From Guillardia theta CCMP2712 (taxonomy: Eukaryota; Protista; Cryptophyta): a stretch of 32,441 nucleotides of DNA. Under the pieces are notes generated by a model that was given only the letters and a program-made list of their open reading frames with translations, was not told the origin of the DNA and did no database searches. Location of the stretch: assembly GCF_000315625.1 (NCBI RefSeq), contig NW_005434645.1, positions 110,602 to 143,042 of the forward strand, given 5' to 3'. This document shows, one piece after another, positions 20,417-32,441 of this stretch (the first letter of the stretch is position 1; each line of letters opens with the position of its first letter). A program made the translations under genes and the position numbers.

Positions 20417-22474
20417 ATGGTGTTCCGGTGGACAGTGTCGGCGCTGGTCGTGTCGCTCATCGCGAGCGGCTCAGATGGCTTCATGTTCTCCTCCTCTGTG
20501 CCAGGATCTCCTGCTCCTCTCATCAGATCCTCGTTGACTCCCAGGTCCTGGACGAGATCATGGAGTGCGCCTTCGGTCGCTCCTTCTCGAGCTCTTCGTG
20601 CACCCCTCCGGAGCTGGGCATGCTCTGCGACTGCTCCCGCTGCGGAGGGGAAGCAGGATGGAGCATCCGGAAACGAGGGACAAACAGCGATCATTGGAGC
20701 AGGTCCTACGGGTCTTGCCACTGCTATCATGCTGGCACAAAGGGGCTGGAAGGACATTCACGTCTACGACCGGCTGTCCCCCCCTCCGAACCCTGACGAC
20801 GACAACGTCTGGTCCGACACAGCCAAGTTCTACTTGATCGGGATCGGTGGAAGGGGGCAGAGAGCACTGAAGAACTTCGGGATCTGGGATGATGTGGACA
20901 AATACTGCACTACGGTAGTAGGGAGGATGGATTGGGCCCCTGGAGCAGGAGAAGATGAGGGGATTGAAAGGATCTTTACGGATAGGCCTTACCTGACGAA
21001 GGTGATCGCAAGAGATCGGCTCGTAGGAGTTCTCGAACGGATCGTGAAGGACAAGTTCGGTGGACAGGTGCACCTTCACTATGGGAACGAGCTTCGCACG
21101 GTGGAATGGAAGGACAAGCAAGGGAAGGGTGGCTGTGAGTTCGAGATCGAGGAGTTCGACGTCGAGAGCTTGTCAACGGTTCGCCCTCCAACTAGCACTG
21201 TCACCATCACATCGGGAGAGAAGGAGACAAAGGGAACGGGCAGGATGAAGAAGTTAAATGCCAAGCTCCTGATCGGTGCCGACGGGGCGGCAAGAACCCT
21301 TGCAAATGTCATGCAGGAAGAATCAGAAAAGTCGGAGCGCGGGATGTTCAAGAGACCCTTCAGAGTCATTCGATACCCTGACGAGTAAGATCTCCGCCTC
21401 CTCCACCACCACCACCACCACCTCGTCCTCCTCGTCCACCACCACCACCTCCTCCTCCTCCTCCTCCTCAGTTGTCTTTCGCTTACGCATTCTGGCAGCA
21501 ACCAGCGAATCTACAAGACCATCCCCCTCAAGCTCCCCAAGGGCTGGAGGAGCGACCTCAACTACTCCGCCCGCACCCAAGACGGGCGCATCAACATCGA
21601 CGCGCTCCCCGCTTCGCCTAACGGCGACTACTGCGCAGTCCTCCTCCTGAAAGCAAACGACCCCCTCGCTGCAGCCAACACAGACCCCAAGGAGCTGAGG
21701 GCGCTGCTGGACAAGAACCTACCGCAGTTCTCCAAGCTTATCGATGAGGAATCCTTGAAAGCCATCGCGGCGAAGCCGCCATCTCGTCTGCCATCTTTCC
21801 GCTACGTGGAGCCCTACCTTCACCGCGGGGACAGCACGGTCCTGCTGGGGGATGCAATCCACACGGTCAAGCCTTACTTCGGGCTCGGAGTGAACTCGGC
21901 GTTCGAGGACGTGCAGAAGCTGAGCGAGTGCCTTGACAAGCACGAGAGCTCGGCGGGGATGGAGGGAGCCCTGTCTCAGTTCTCTTCCATCAGAGCTGGG
22001 GAGGCTAAGGCGCTCGTGCAGATCTCGAGGGGCTTCGACAGGCCAGGGCTCAAGGGCTTCTTCTCCTTCATCCTCCCCATCATCCTGGACGGCATCTTCA
22101 ACAAGCTGGCGCCTCAGGTCTTCGGTCAGAACACCATATCTATGCTGCAGCAGGAGGGCATGACATTCCAGGGAGTCAGAGATCGGAAGAGGAGAGATCG
22201 AGTGCTTCAGGTCCTCGTCCTTGGAACCATCTTCTTCACGATCTTCAAGGTTGTCTCCGCTGTCGTGCAAGCTCTCCCCAAGGTCGTCCTCTTCGGCATC
22301 ACCTTCACCTTCCTCGGAGTCCTTGGTGGATTGCAGCTCAACAAGGTCCTGAAGCCTGGAATGTCCACCGCGGACGTTATCGCCAGCACTGAGAAGAAGT
22401 ATCTTTCCAAGAACAAGCAGCCGTCGAGCGGGACCGTCAACCCAACCTCCGATGGCGCGGCGAAGACTTCCTAA
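20417..22474 (+). CDS. FAD-dependent monooxygenase, kynurenine-3-monooxygenase-like, with bipartite plastid-targeting presequence
   Basis: Exons 20417-21384 and 21499-22474, separated by a GT-AG intron with CCA/CCT repeats. Motifs: Rossmann AIIGAGPTG, DG motif LIGADG, GD motif VLLGDAIHTVKPYFGLGVNSAFED. Signal peptide MVFRWTVSALVVSLIASGSDG followed by Phe and a Ser/Arg/Pro-rich transit peptide. Two C-terminal hydrophobic helices. Confidence 0.88.
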
Positions 22475-22574
22475 TGAATAGTTTATGTATCCCATCTCTA
22501 AGTTGCCGCCTCAGCCCTCAAGTCGTCGCTGTCGGAGGTGAATCAGTGACTACAGGCTCCTACTCGGATGGCAC

Positions 22575-22690
22575 TGGCCGGGTCACCGGGCCCGGTCCGG
22601 CCGGTGACCGGCGACCGTTCGATCCGGCAGCCGACCAGTCACTGGCCTGCCTGCCCGGGTGCCTGCCCGGCAGCCTGCCCGGCCCGAGAA
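22575..22690. repeat. GC/CCGG-rich intergenic element with inverted repeat and (GCCTGCCCGG)x3
   Basis: ggtcaccgg (22581-22589) is the reverse complement of ccggtgacc (22601-22609). An overlapping palindrome accgggcccggt is present. Tandem gcctgcccgg units lie at about 22650-22682. Confidence 0.7.
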
Positions 22691-22953
22691 TTTTTTAAGG
22701 GATCAGTGCGGGGATGGGGTCGGAACCTGGAGAAAGGAATGGAGCATGTGGAAAGAGCGGGGAAAGAGTGAAGGAGAGTCTGTGTAAGGAGGAAGAGGAG
22801 GAAGGGGAAGGGAGGAGGAGGAGGGAGGAGGGAGGAGGGAGGAGGGAGGAGGAGGAGGAGGAGGAGGGAGGAGCAGGGGGGAGGAGGGAGGAGGAGGAGG
22901 AGGTTGATGATCATCGGATAAGCAAGAGGGGTAAACAGAGGAGAAACTACAGC

Positions 22954-25900
22954 ATGTCGCCGGAAGAAATCTTGGCAGTGGCAGCCAATGCTGATGGGAA
23001 GCAGAAGCAGCCAGAGCTTTTCTTCATGGTGAGTTCATGATGCTTGCATGAAAAGTGTTTCCGCGCCTGAATCACGGTTGTATAGGAGATGCAGTCATTG
23101 GTGAAGGGAGGGAAAGCATACTTGAAGGAGTTGGGCTTCAGGGACAAGCTCATCCCACTCTTGCTCTCTTGTATGCGATGGGCCATGGGACCTTTGGCGC
23201 GCAATCACTTGGCCGAGTTGATGTGCCTGGTAGGGTCTGTGGAGGGTCGTGCGATTATTCCAATCATTGACGGCATACTGGAATTCTTCAACCCCAACCC
23301 AAACAAGCAGAGCAAGGACGAGATGACGCGGCTGAACGCGCTGATCTGCTTGCAAGAGATGGTCGAGAAGCATGGCATGTACATCTCCTCCAAGCTTGGG
23401 ACAGTCTTTGTGACCTGCAAGGGAGTGCTCAAAACAAGCGAGGATGAGCGTGTACGGTTGGCCGGCAGCGAAACACTGACGCTTGTCATCGACAAGCTAG
23501 GGCGGTTCGGGCGATCCTCGCATGAGGAAGCTTTCAAGATAGTGAAGTTGTTGTTGTTCCAGAAGCAAAGCAGCTTGCGGGTAGCAGGAGCACAGCTGCT
23601 GTATGCCCTCGCTGTGCACTGTGACAACTGTATCCCGGTGGAGAATCAGGTGGCGAACGTGTTGAAGGTGTTGAGCGATCCGGCATTGAGCCAGACAGTA
23701 GCGGTGAAGGAAATGTCACTGATCCTCGGAGACGTCCTGTACAAGATTTCTGGAAACAAGTCTGGGGGCAGCGAGGAGGGGAAGGGGCTGCGCGACAGGT
23801 TCGGCAAGCGGCGGGTTGTTGTGGGAGTGAAAGGCGTCCACGACTTCCTGTCAGCCATATTCTGGAAGGACAAGTGCCCACAATTTTTGCGGATCGCCAT
23901 CACGAGATCCTTCAAGAGGTTCTTCCAGGCGTTCGCTGCCTCAGAATCCTCCACCGAGACTGTACAGAGCGTCAAGTACGTCTTAGACCTCGCCTCCCCC
24001 CGGAGCGCCTCGAAGGGGATGGGAGAGGACTCACGGCTCAAGGCCGCGTGTGTCTCAGACGTCTTGCGGGGGGTGAGCACGTCCTTGTCGGAGGATGGCC
24101 GGGCCCTCCTCGTCAGCCTCCTCCTCAACGAAGTGATGAACAGAGGACACAGCCTCCTCGGCGAGCATCGGGACCTGTCGCAAGCCGTCGCAGTCACCTG
24201 TGCTCTGGGAGAGCTGGCGTACTTGTATAGTGAGATGGGAGGCGTCCAGCCTGCGGTGGAGGTGAAAGACTTCCTATTGAAGCTCTGCGCCGCTCCATGG
24301 ACTCCAACTCGCGTCGCTGCGGCTGAGGCGATCCGGGCGTACTGCTCCTGCGCACCTGAGTTGCTGCTCCCCACACTGCAGGAATGCCTCAACTTCCTCC
24401 ATATGGAAGTGGGCCTGACTCAGTCGGAGAGCTCTTCGCAGAAGATCCACGGTCTCTCCTGCTTCGTTGTCACGCTCATGGCGGCAGCTAAGGTGCAGGT
24501 ACACGGCCTCCCATGCGCTCTGCTGGACTCCGTCATGTCGCTGTCCAAGATGATGCTGAAGGAGGCATTTCGTGCCGCCAACGAGGGGAGCAGCTGGGGT
24601 ACGAGCAGGTGAGTGAAACAAACGCAGATGATAAGTCTTGAACTCTCCTGTCCTGCTTTTCCCTTCCACGTCAGCACGCTCCCTCCCCTCCTCCCTACTC
24701 TCTCTGCCTGCCTGCCTGCCTGTCTCCCACTTCCCTCCTCGTTCCTCATCTCCCTCTCCTCGCACCCTCTCCCAGTCGCTCTTCCCTCCGCCTTCTAGAC
24801 CCTGACGACTCTCCTCAGGGTTGAGGGAGCCTGGGCGATGATATGTGCCTGTCTCCGATCGGGCTACGACTGGATCGAGACTTACCTTCCGGTGTTGCCG
24901 CGGATGTGGGCAGAGCACATCACAGACGCGGCGTCTGGCGATTCGGCATACCGGGAGATGCTGTTGGAGTTCAGAATGATGAGCATGAGCGGAGCGCTGA
25001 CGAGCATCAGAGTCCTGCTGGCCGAGTGCCCGCAGGCCATCGAAGTCCCGCAGATAGCGCACTCGGTCAAGGTTTCAATCCAGCACGCCCTTCAGTCGGA
25101 CCTGATCACCAAGTCCCCCAAGCTCCTGCTGGAGTCCTCCAAGTCTCTCGACTTGCACGCCACCAGAGCAGATGGGCTGAAGCTGCGGCTCTTCCAGCTG
25201 CTGTGTGTCGCTCCTCTCAGCCTCGTCAAGCATGACGCGCACCTGAGTATCCTCAGAAGAACTTTCCAGGTCATGGGCAGGGCAGCGAGCAAGCGAGGAG
25301 CGGGGACGACGCTCGTTGCCGACTTCCTCAACCCGGACGACGACAGCCTCCTCCCTCACGAGATGGCCCGAGAGCCGCAGGCCTGTCCGCTTGATCACTG
25401 TGAGGGAAACTTGGGGAACTGGGACGACGATCCCGTGTGCGATGCGAAGATTGCGGAGCTGTGGGATGACGTCAGTCCGTCCGATGACAAGCTGAACTCA
25501 TCCCTCGTCAACGAGCTGGTGGACGCTGCGGTCAATGTCTTTGTCAGGATTTTCCCCAGCTCGAGCTGGGAGGATCAGAGCGTGCTGATTGTAGCTCTCT
25601 CTGAAAACGTCCTGAGCCTTCAGGATGCTAACCATCGCAACGTTGCCGTTCTCAACATCTGCGCCGGGCTGCTGGGGGCGCTGAAGAGCATGGCGGAGAA
25701 AGGATCTCTGCTGCCAAACTGCCCAGAGTGGAGGGAGACGATGCCTGCCATCCTCCAGACGTTGCTCTCGGAGGGGAACCTTTTGCTCAAGAGGATCGCA
25801 GGAGAGTCGATCGCCCTGGTGCTCCGGCTTTCTCCCGAGAAGCAGATGGAGAGTGCGGTGGCGATGCTGATGAGCCCTCCCAAGGCGCAGGAGGAGACGT

Positions 25901-28900
25901 TCGCTCTCGGTGCCTCGGGGAAGGCTTTCGCCCTTGGCTGCCTCTACCGATACGTTGGGGGCATGCGATGCAACAGGCACCTCAACCCAAAGTCGACCAT
26001 CGAGCAGCTGAGCAACTGGATGGGCTCCTCCTCCTCCTCCTCGAGTCTCTGCAAGGCCTGGACAGTCCACGGGATCAGCCTCATCATCGAGTACGCGACG
26101 GTAGCGACGGACAACCTCGCCTTCATGGCGCTGGATCTGGTCAAGTTGGAACTGAAGGAGGAGGAGGCCGAGCAGGAACTGGAAGAAGCCCTTCACCCCA
26201 CGTTCCTGATGTCCGCTGCTCGGCTGAGCAGCGCAGTCATCTCCACCATCGGGCCGGAGATCATGCCGGGGAGCGACATCCTGACTACCATCATGGCGAT
26301 CGTCGACCAACTCAAGAGGAGCAGGACGTGTGTCTGGAAGGCCTCTTGCCTCGAAGCCATCTCGCTGCTGCAGAAGCTGATCCTCTTCCTCCCCCGCGGC
26401 TCGATCCCCTCCGACTTCATCCTCCAGCTCATTCCCTTCCTCAACATGGAATCCACCCTCCTCCACCGCAAGGCGCTGACCTGCCTGCGGCAGACAGCCG
26501 ACCAGAACCTTCAGCACTTGAAGACGGCAAGGGGACTGGAGAAATGTCTCCTCCGCCTGGCTGACATGGACCAGGATGAGATCGTCCAGGCAGAGACCAA
26601 GGAGCTGATCCTGCTGCTCATGCTGCCTCCCTCCTCCGACATGGAGCCGATCGAGTCCTTCATAACGCTGCGGGATGTGGTCACGGGCAAGCATGACAAG
26701 ATCCTGTTCCACGACAGCTTCCCCCCCTCTTGGGTCCCCTCGTCCTCTCCCCAGCAAGAAACGCAGGAGAAGGTGAAGGAAGAGGAGGAATCCAAGGAGG
26801 ATCTCTTCGAACAGGAGGACGGGGAGGATGAACTTGAAGGCTCGGATAGCGTGGGAGCTCGCGTGTCCCATCCAGCCGGTGCGTCCTCCTCCTCCTCTTC
26901 CTACAGCCCTCGGTGGCAGACGAGGTTCCTTGCTCTCAACTGCCTCCACCTGCTGCTGCGGAACGTTCACGAGGGCGCGGCGGAGGGGCGAGGAGGAGCG
27001 GCGCACTTCGACCTCAAGCTTGCTCGAGCGTCTGCTGGGGGAGAGAAGAAGTTTCTCATCGCCCACATCAACTCCATCATATCCATGGCGTACAACGCGA
27101 TCTCCTCCTCCGTCAACCCGCTGCGGGTCGCTGGCATTACCCTGCTTGAGGTGGCGGTGCGGGTGTTTGCGGCCTCCAAGGACCCGGACGTCGAGGACGA
27201 TGCTCCCTTGCTAGAGCAGTTCCAGGCTCAGATCAATTCTGTGATCAAGTCAGCGCTCAACGGCACAGCCTCTCCCTCCGTCTCCGTGGGAGCATGCAAC
27301 GTGTGCTGGGAGCTTATCTCGAGGGATGTGTACAGGAACGAGCCGGACGGCATCCGCCGCATCCTGACCCTCCTCATGCAGTCTGTGGTCCGATCGGTGG
27401 CAGAGAGGAATGCCATGTACAGCGACATGGCGTATGCGACTGTGCAGATGACGTTGCTCACGACCCTTGCTCGCCTCCTCTCAGCCCAGTGCAAGGACAG
27501 AGCTCTTGTTTCCTCAGCCCTCGCTGAAGATGGGGAGGTGCTGTGCCGGCTGTGGGCGGCGGGGATCCGGCAGCAGGTCAGGGTGAGCATGGTTCCTGTG
27601 GAGCTTGCGAACCAGATCACCATCACGGAAGAGGAAGAGACTATCTCAGCTGGAGTGTTCCAGCATGCGATCCATCCTCTCCTCGCCTCCTGCGTCCCGA
27701 GCTACTTGCGTGCTGTGGCGACTTTCGTCTCCGACTCGCTCCTCAAGGATGCGCAGCGAGCCCACGAGCTCTGCTGCGAGGTTCTCCTCCTCACTATCGT
27801 CCTGCTAAGGTGGATGATCCAGGTCGACTCCAGCAGGCAGACCATCGTGGGCGACCCCGCCTCCATCTGCGCAATCGCTGCTTCCCTGCGGACGCTCTTG
27901 ACGAGGAGTGTCGTGGAGCGTCTGAAGGAAGGAGGGATCTTGAGGAGGGAGAGAGGAGAAGGGGGAGCTGGTCCGCCGCTCGATGCTGCCGAGTGCTGGC
28001 GCATGCTGCAAGGCGTGGCAGTGGCGATGGTTTGCACTCCCTCCCACCTGAGCGTGGCGGACGCCGGGATCGACCTCCTCCTGCACCTCGCCCGGGTCGT
28101 CCCGGAGCAGCAGCGTGAGGGGAGGATGGAGGAGGTGGTTGTGGGGACGCTGCTAGCTCCGGTCAACGAGATCTTCGTCGAGGAGGGGAACAGGGGCAGG
28201 CGATTGCTCCGCCTCTCCGCCAAGGGGCTGCGGGAGCCCGCAGCCATCTCGAGGAGCGCCAGGGCGTTTGCTGGGATCTCAAGGTAGAAATTTGTTTCCC
28301 TGCTGGGGTTCTGCTGAAATGCTCTCCCCTCCCCCCCCCCTGCTCCCCCCCATCCTCCTTCAATCAACTCTGCTCTCACCCTCTCCTCCTACTCCCGATT
28401 CTCCCTCCCTTTGCGTTGTGCTCCTCCTCGTTTTCCGCTCGTTCTCTCCGCTGCTCCTCCCTTGCTCACTTTGCGCCAGGTTCCTGCAGGAAGTCAGAGA
28501 CCCGAGCTGGAGGAGCTTGCGGCGGGTGATCCCTCCAACAGCACTCGCGGCGATCTCGCTGCTGCAGTACGAAACGAGGAAGGAGCTGGAGGCATGCGTT
28601 ATGACCGTCCTGACCTCGTGCTGCACGGGGCTGGACAGGCTGGAAGGGAAGCAGGACGATAAATCTAGGATGGGAACAGCAGAGGAGGAGGAGGAGAAGG
28701 AGGAGGCAGCGAAGGCTCGGCTGGAGCGGAGGAGGTGGAGAGAGTCGCTGGGAGAGTGCCTGCTGGCAGGGCTGTTCGAGATCGTGCAGCACAAGGGGAG
28801 GTTGGACAGTCATGTGCTCGAGGCGATCCTCTGCACCGTGACGCTGTCCGTCCCGGACGGGAAGGGAGAGGAGGAGGGGGCGAAGGACGACTTCCGTCCC

Positions 28901-29813
28901 CTGGAAGTTGCGGTGGTGAAGCTCATCGTATCGAAGCTGCCGGACATGTTTGTCCCCCCCGAGCTCGTTGAGGGAGCGAGGGGGACGGGGAGCAGCGGGA
29001 TTGCAACCCTCAGGAGGGTGATGCAGAACCTTCTGACCCACAGTACGCAGGTAGCCTCCCCCTCCCCCTCCCCCTCCCCCTCCCCCTCCCCCTCCTCCTT
29101 CTCCTTCTGCTGCTGCTTCTGCTGCTGCTACTGCTGCTGCTCGCTCTCCTCCTCCTTCGCCTCCTCTTCCTCCCTTTCCCTCTTCTTCCCCTTCCTCCTC
29201 CTTATGGTTATCAACTAACACATCCTTGTGCTCCTCCTCCTCCTCCTCCTCCTTACCCCTGTCTGATCTCTTTGTGCCAGGGCTCTGCTCGGAGGCAGCA
29301 CGGTGAGCGACTGTTGACAGCTCTTGCTCCTCATCTCATTCGCTACAGCCTCCATTCCAAGGTGAATTCTCCTCCGTTATCCTCCCCTCTCATATTGCTT
29401 CCTCCTCCCTCCCTCCTCACATGCTACAACCTCCCTCCCTCCTCCCTTGCTTCCTTCACGACTCCTATTCTCCTTTTCCTCCTCTCCTCCCCCCTCAACC
29501 CATTCGTCTCACCCTTGCTCACTCCGTCGCCCTCGTCTCGTTCAGGAGCGGATCGCAACCGAAGGGGAGGAGGATCCAGCAGCTGAAAGCATCAAACTCA
29601 TCGTCCTCTGCCATGCCAGCGTCTCCCCTGAGCGCAAACAGCAGGCGCTCAGCTCTATCCTCCCCCTCCTCCTCCTGTTCACTCCCGACCCGGAAAGACC
29701 AGGCGAATCCGAGCTACCCAACAGCCTACAAGACCTCGTCCTGAAGACGATTGTGGTAGGGAAGAGGGAGGAGTTTGGAGGAGAGCGGGAAGTGGTAGGG
29801 AGGAAAAGAGCTC

Positions 29814-29850
<37 letters not shown>

Positions 29851-30269
29851 ACTTTTGTAGGAGGGCAGAGAGAAGGGAAAGAGAGGAGGACCAGGAGCAG
29901 GAAGAGAAGGACGAGAAATGCTTGGTCACAACTGAAGTATATTCTCGCAGGCGCTCGCAAAGACGAATGCAGTTCCGTTTAAGGAGGAAGTGAGCAAAAT
30001 GTCAAGTCAGATGCAGAAACGATTGCAGGTTCTTCAACACTCCTCCTCCTCCTCCTCCTCCTCCTCCTTTTCTCCTCCTCCTCCTCCTCCTCTTCCTCCC
30101 TTTTCTCCTCCTCCTCCTCCTCTCCTAGCCCTCCTCTTCCTCTCCTGGCCCTCCTTTTCTCTCTACCTCCTTTCCCCTCCCCTTTCTCTTCCTCCTCCCG
30201 GTCTTCTAGAGCCTCCTGACTCTCCCCAACCAGCTCGCCATGCAGAAGGCTGTAGCCCTCGGGAGATAG
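22954..30269 (+). CDS. HEATR5: HEAT repeat-containing protein 5 family (HEATR5/Laa1/SWEETIE), AP-1 accessory factor
   Basis: Exons 22954-23028, 23086-24608, 24819-28283, 28480-29050, 29281-29361, 29546-29755, 29951-30028, 30234-30269, all phase-compatible GT-AG; the last exon is tentative. Family motifs: AFALGCLYRYVGGM, AWTVHGISLII, AVISTIGPE, PRWQTRFLA, HFDLKLAR, LIAHINSIISMAYNA...LRVAGITLL...FAASKDPD..LLEQFQAQINS. Confidence 0.9.
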
Positions 30270-30508
30270 AAAGCCGACAGCCATGAGAGCTCGAGGAGGA
30301 GAATGCTCGGGAGAAAGAGGAAGAGACTGGACGTTAGGAGAGAGCGCTGTTGAGAAGAGGAAGCAGCAACGAGGGGGAGGAAGATAGGGAGGCGAAAATG
30401 GAGGAAGAGAATGAGGAAAATTAAGGAGGGGAAGGAGGGGGAGGAGGAGGAAAGACGGGGAGCTGTTCTTAACTCCATTATTATTTTGTACATGAAGTCT
30501 GTCGTGTC

Positions 30509-31745
30509 TCATCTCACGACGTGGCGGAGGAAGGCGAACAGGTCGAGGTAGAACTCCTGCATCCAGCGAGCTGCAGTGAGGAGGAAGGAGCCAGATAGAA
30601 GGTGGAGCAGGGGCAGGGGCAGGGGCAGGGGCAGGGGCACAAGCAGGAGCAGTAGAAGGGGCAACAGCAGAACCTTCGCTTCCCATGTCCAGCTGGTCGG
30701 CAGGAGGCTTCCAACTCCAGCATAGCCGAAGTTCCAGCTGCACGGCAGATCACGAGGAGGAGGAGGAGGAGGAGGAGGAGGAGGAGGAGGAGGATTTTCA
30801 CACCCGATGCAGGCAAGGTGATCAAGATCTGTCATCTGACCCAGGTAGTTCCACACGCCTGAAGAAGAGGGAGAGAGGGAAAAGAGGAGGAGCATCAGGA
30901 TCAGGAGCAAGAGGAGGAGGAGGAGGAGAAGGAGCAAGAGGAGGAGGAGGAGGAGGAGGAGGAGGAGGAGGAGGAGGATCAGCAGCAGCAGCAAGAACGA
31001 AGAGATAGTGAGACGATCGATTCAGCGCTTCTGCTTGCCAACCTGCACGGATCTGGCAAGAAAACGAGAACTCCTTATCTCTCCACCACAGCAGACCCTT
31101 CGATCCGAACTTTGCGGCATCCTCTCCATTACAAACATCATCTACCTGCTGGGAGGTCAGGTGGAAGGAGGAGAGCAGCTCTCCTCGACCTCGGTAGCCC
31201 TCGAGCACAGCTGCCAGTCCGGGGAGGGGAGGGGATTGGAAGGGAGAACAATCGCCGTTTCGTCGCTACTCGACTTGTAGCAGAGAGACGGCCAACGCGT
31301 GGAGATGCTGAAGGAGACGACAACGAGGTGGAGAATTGGCAGAAAAGGAGGAAAGAAGAGGAGAAGTGGAGGAGGAAGAGAGGAGGAGAAGGGAAGACGA
31401 AGGAGGAACGAGGAGCAGAGCAACAAGGGCAAGAGAGATAATCAGGGAGGAGAAAACAGGTTGAACAAGAGGAGTCTCCTCACGTAGAGACAAGACCGTC
31501 GTTGCTTCTCCAGCCCTTGTCGATCCTTGGGCAGAGGCTGAGCAGGGAGAGGTCAGAGAGTCGCTGGATCTGTCAGCCTGCCGAGGTATCCCTACCGATC
31601 CCCAGCTCTTGATGCACATCCCAGCAGGGTCCCAGGCCCCACGAACATCTGAAGGAAGGTGAGAACTACTTGTGCCCGTTTCCCGTCCCATGGTCCCTCG
31701 CAGCCCAGCTCCTCCTCCTCCTGCTCCTGCTCTATTCCTTGGTAA

Positions 31746-31790
<45 letters not shown>

Positions 31791-31791
31791 A

Positions 31792-31834
<43 letters not shown>

Positions 31835-32441
31835 CCCAACAACATGCTGCCTTTTTTAACTCACAGGATTTGTCGACAGGAGGGGAAGGAAGGCTTCTCC
31901 GAAGGAAAACGGATCCAGGTATCTGCAGAGGAGGACGAGAGAGCAAAGAAATAGGAAGATGACAGCCAGAAGGAGGAAACATGTAAGGGAAGGGAAGGGA
32001 AGGGAAGGGAAGGGAAGGGAAGGGAAGGGAAGGGAAGGGAGGCAAGAGACGGAAGGGAGGAGAGAGAAGCAAAGCAGTATCAGCGCTCCCTGTTGCTATC
32101 GCGAGAACATCTCACGTTGTGCAGGAGGAGAGGGAGAAGTAGTAGACGGATGGAGACTCCTGGTGGTAGAGACGCTTCAGGGACTGGAGACGTGGGAACA
32201 ACCTTCTACTTGGATCCATGAATTGAGCTCCGCTGAAGAACAGTGTCAAACGTCAGGAGGGAAAGGGAGAGGAGGAGGAGATAGTCGAGGGGGGTAGGGG
32301 AGATCAGGTGAGATGGGACAGAGATCGGAGGGAGAGAGAAGGGAGGAGTGAAGAGAGGAGAGAAAGGAGAGGGGGGGAGGAAGGGGAGAGGAAGGGGAGA
32401 GGAAGGGAGAGAGAAGGAGGGGAGGAGTGGAAGAGGAGGAG
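30509..32441 (-). CDS. 3' portion of an unidentified multi-exon gene (continues beyond the window)
   Basis: Short non-repetitive segments lie between microsatellite-filled stretches, several with splice-like boundaries. They read ELNSWIQVEG, IPGSVFLRRSLPSPPVDKSCELKK, VDDVCNGEDAAKFGSKGLLWWRDKEFSF, GVWNYLGQMTDLDHL, WNFGYAGVGSLLPTSWTWEAK and WMQEFYLDLFAFLRHVVR*. No family recognised; exon structure not fully resolved. Confidence 0.5.
30753..30995 (+). repeat. (GAG/GGA)n microsatellite tracts (about 30753-30793 and 30885-30995) in introns of the last gene
   Basis: Seen directly. Confidence 0.9.
31747..31834 (+). repeat. (CCTGCT)n hexamer microsatellite
   Basis: Seen directly; gives spurious poly-L, (SC)n and (RS)n ORFs. 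Confidence 0.92.
31985..32040 (+). repeat. (AGGGA)n pentamer microsatellite
   Basis: Perfect agggaagggaaggga... run. Confidence 0.92.

Noticed and set aside
25498-27066. Long antisense ORFs (522 aa here; also 11194-12150, 21719-22495, 14448-15542)
   Set aside because: These are antisense shadows of GC-rich coding or low-complexity sequence, with no domain motifs.
716-30269. Sec14-GOLD, EHD and HEATR5 as a membrane-trafficking gene cluster
   Set aside because: They are interspersed with unrelated plastid, channel and oxygenase genes in mixed orientation. Trafficking genes are common, and there is no evidence of co-regulation without synteny data.

Overview
Gene-dense eukaryotic nuclear DNA with many short spliceosomal introns (about 40-60 nt, several with GC-AG ends) and longer introns filled with microsatellites. 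One clear bipartite plastid presequence is present. This organisation resembles a secondary-plastid alga such as the cryptophyte Guillardia theta (inference, not verified). I reconstructed nine protein genes by hand: a Sec14/CRAL-TRIO+GOLD protein (+); a 2OG-Fe(II) oxygenase with a signal peptide (-); a Cys-rich secreted, possibly GPI-anchored orphan (+); a homolog of the chloroplast ATP-synthase assembly factor PAB (-); a four-domain NALCN/Cch1-like cation channel (+); an EHD-family ATPase (-); a KMO-like FAD monooxygenase with a plastid presequence (+); a HEATR5/Laa1/SWEETIE HEAT-repeat protein (+); and the 3' part of an unidentified gene (-). The most unusual observations are: the channel's D/D/K/D selectivity ring together with a one-base frame break; an EHD ATPase with a proline-rich linker plus SH3 domain in place of the EH domain; recurrent AG|GCA splice donors; an intron flanked by a 12-bp direct repeat; and GGGGTA/GGGT-rich blocks upstream of genes. 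I found no prokaryote-style system (CRISPR, operon), RNA gene or recognisable transposon. All homology calls come from remembered motifs, not database searches.
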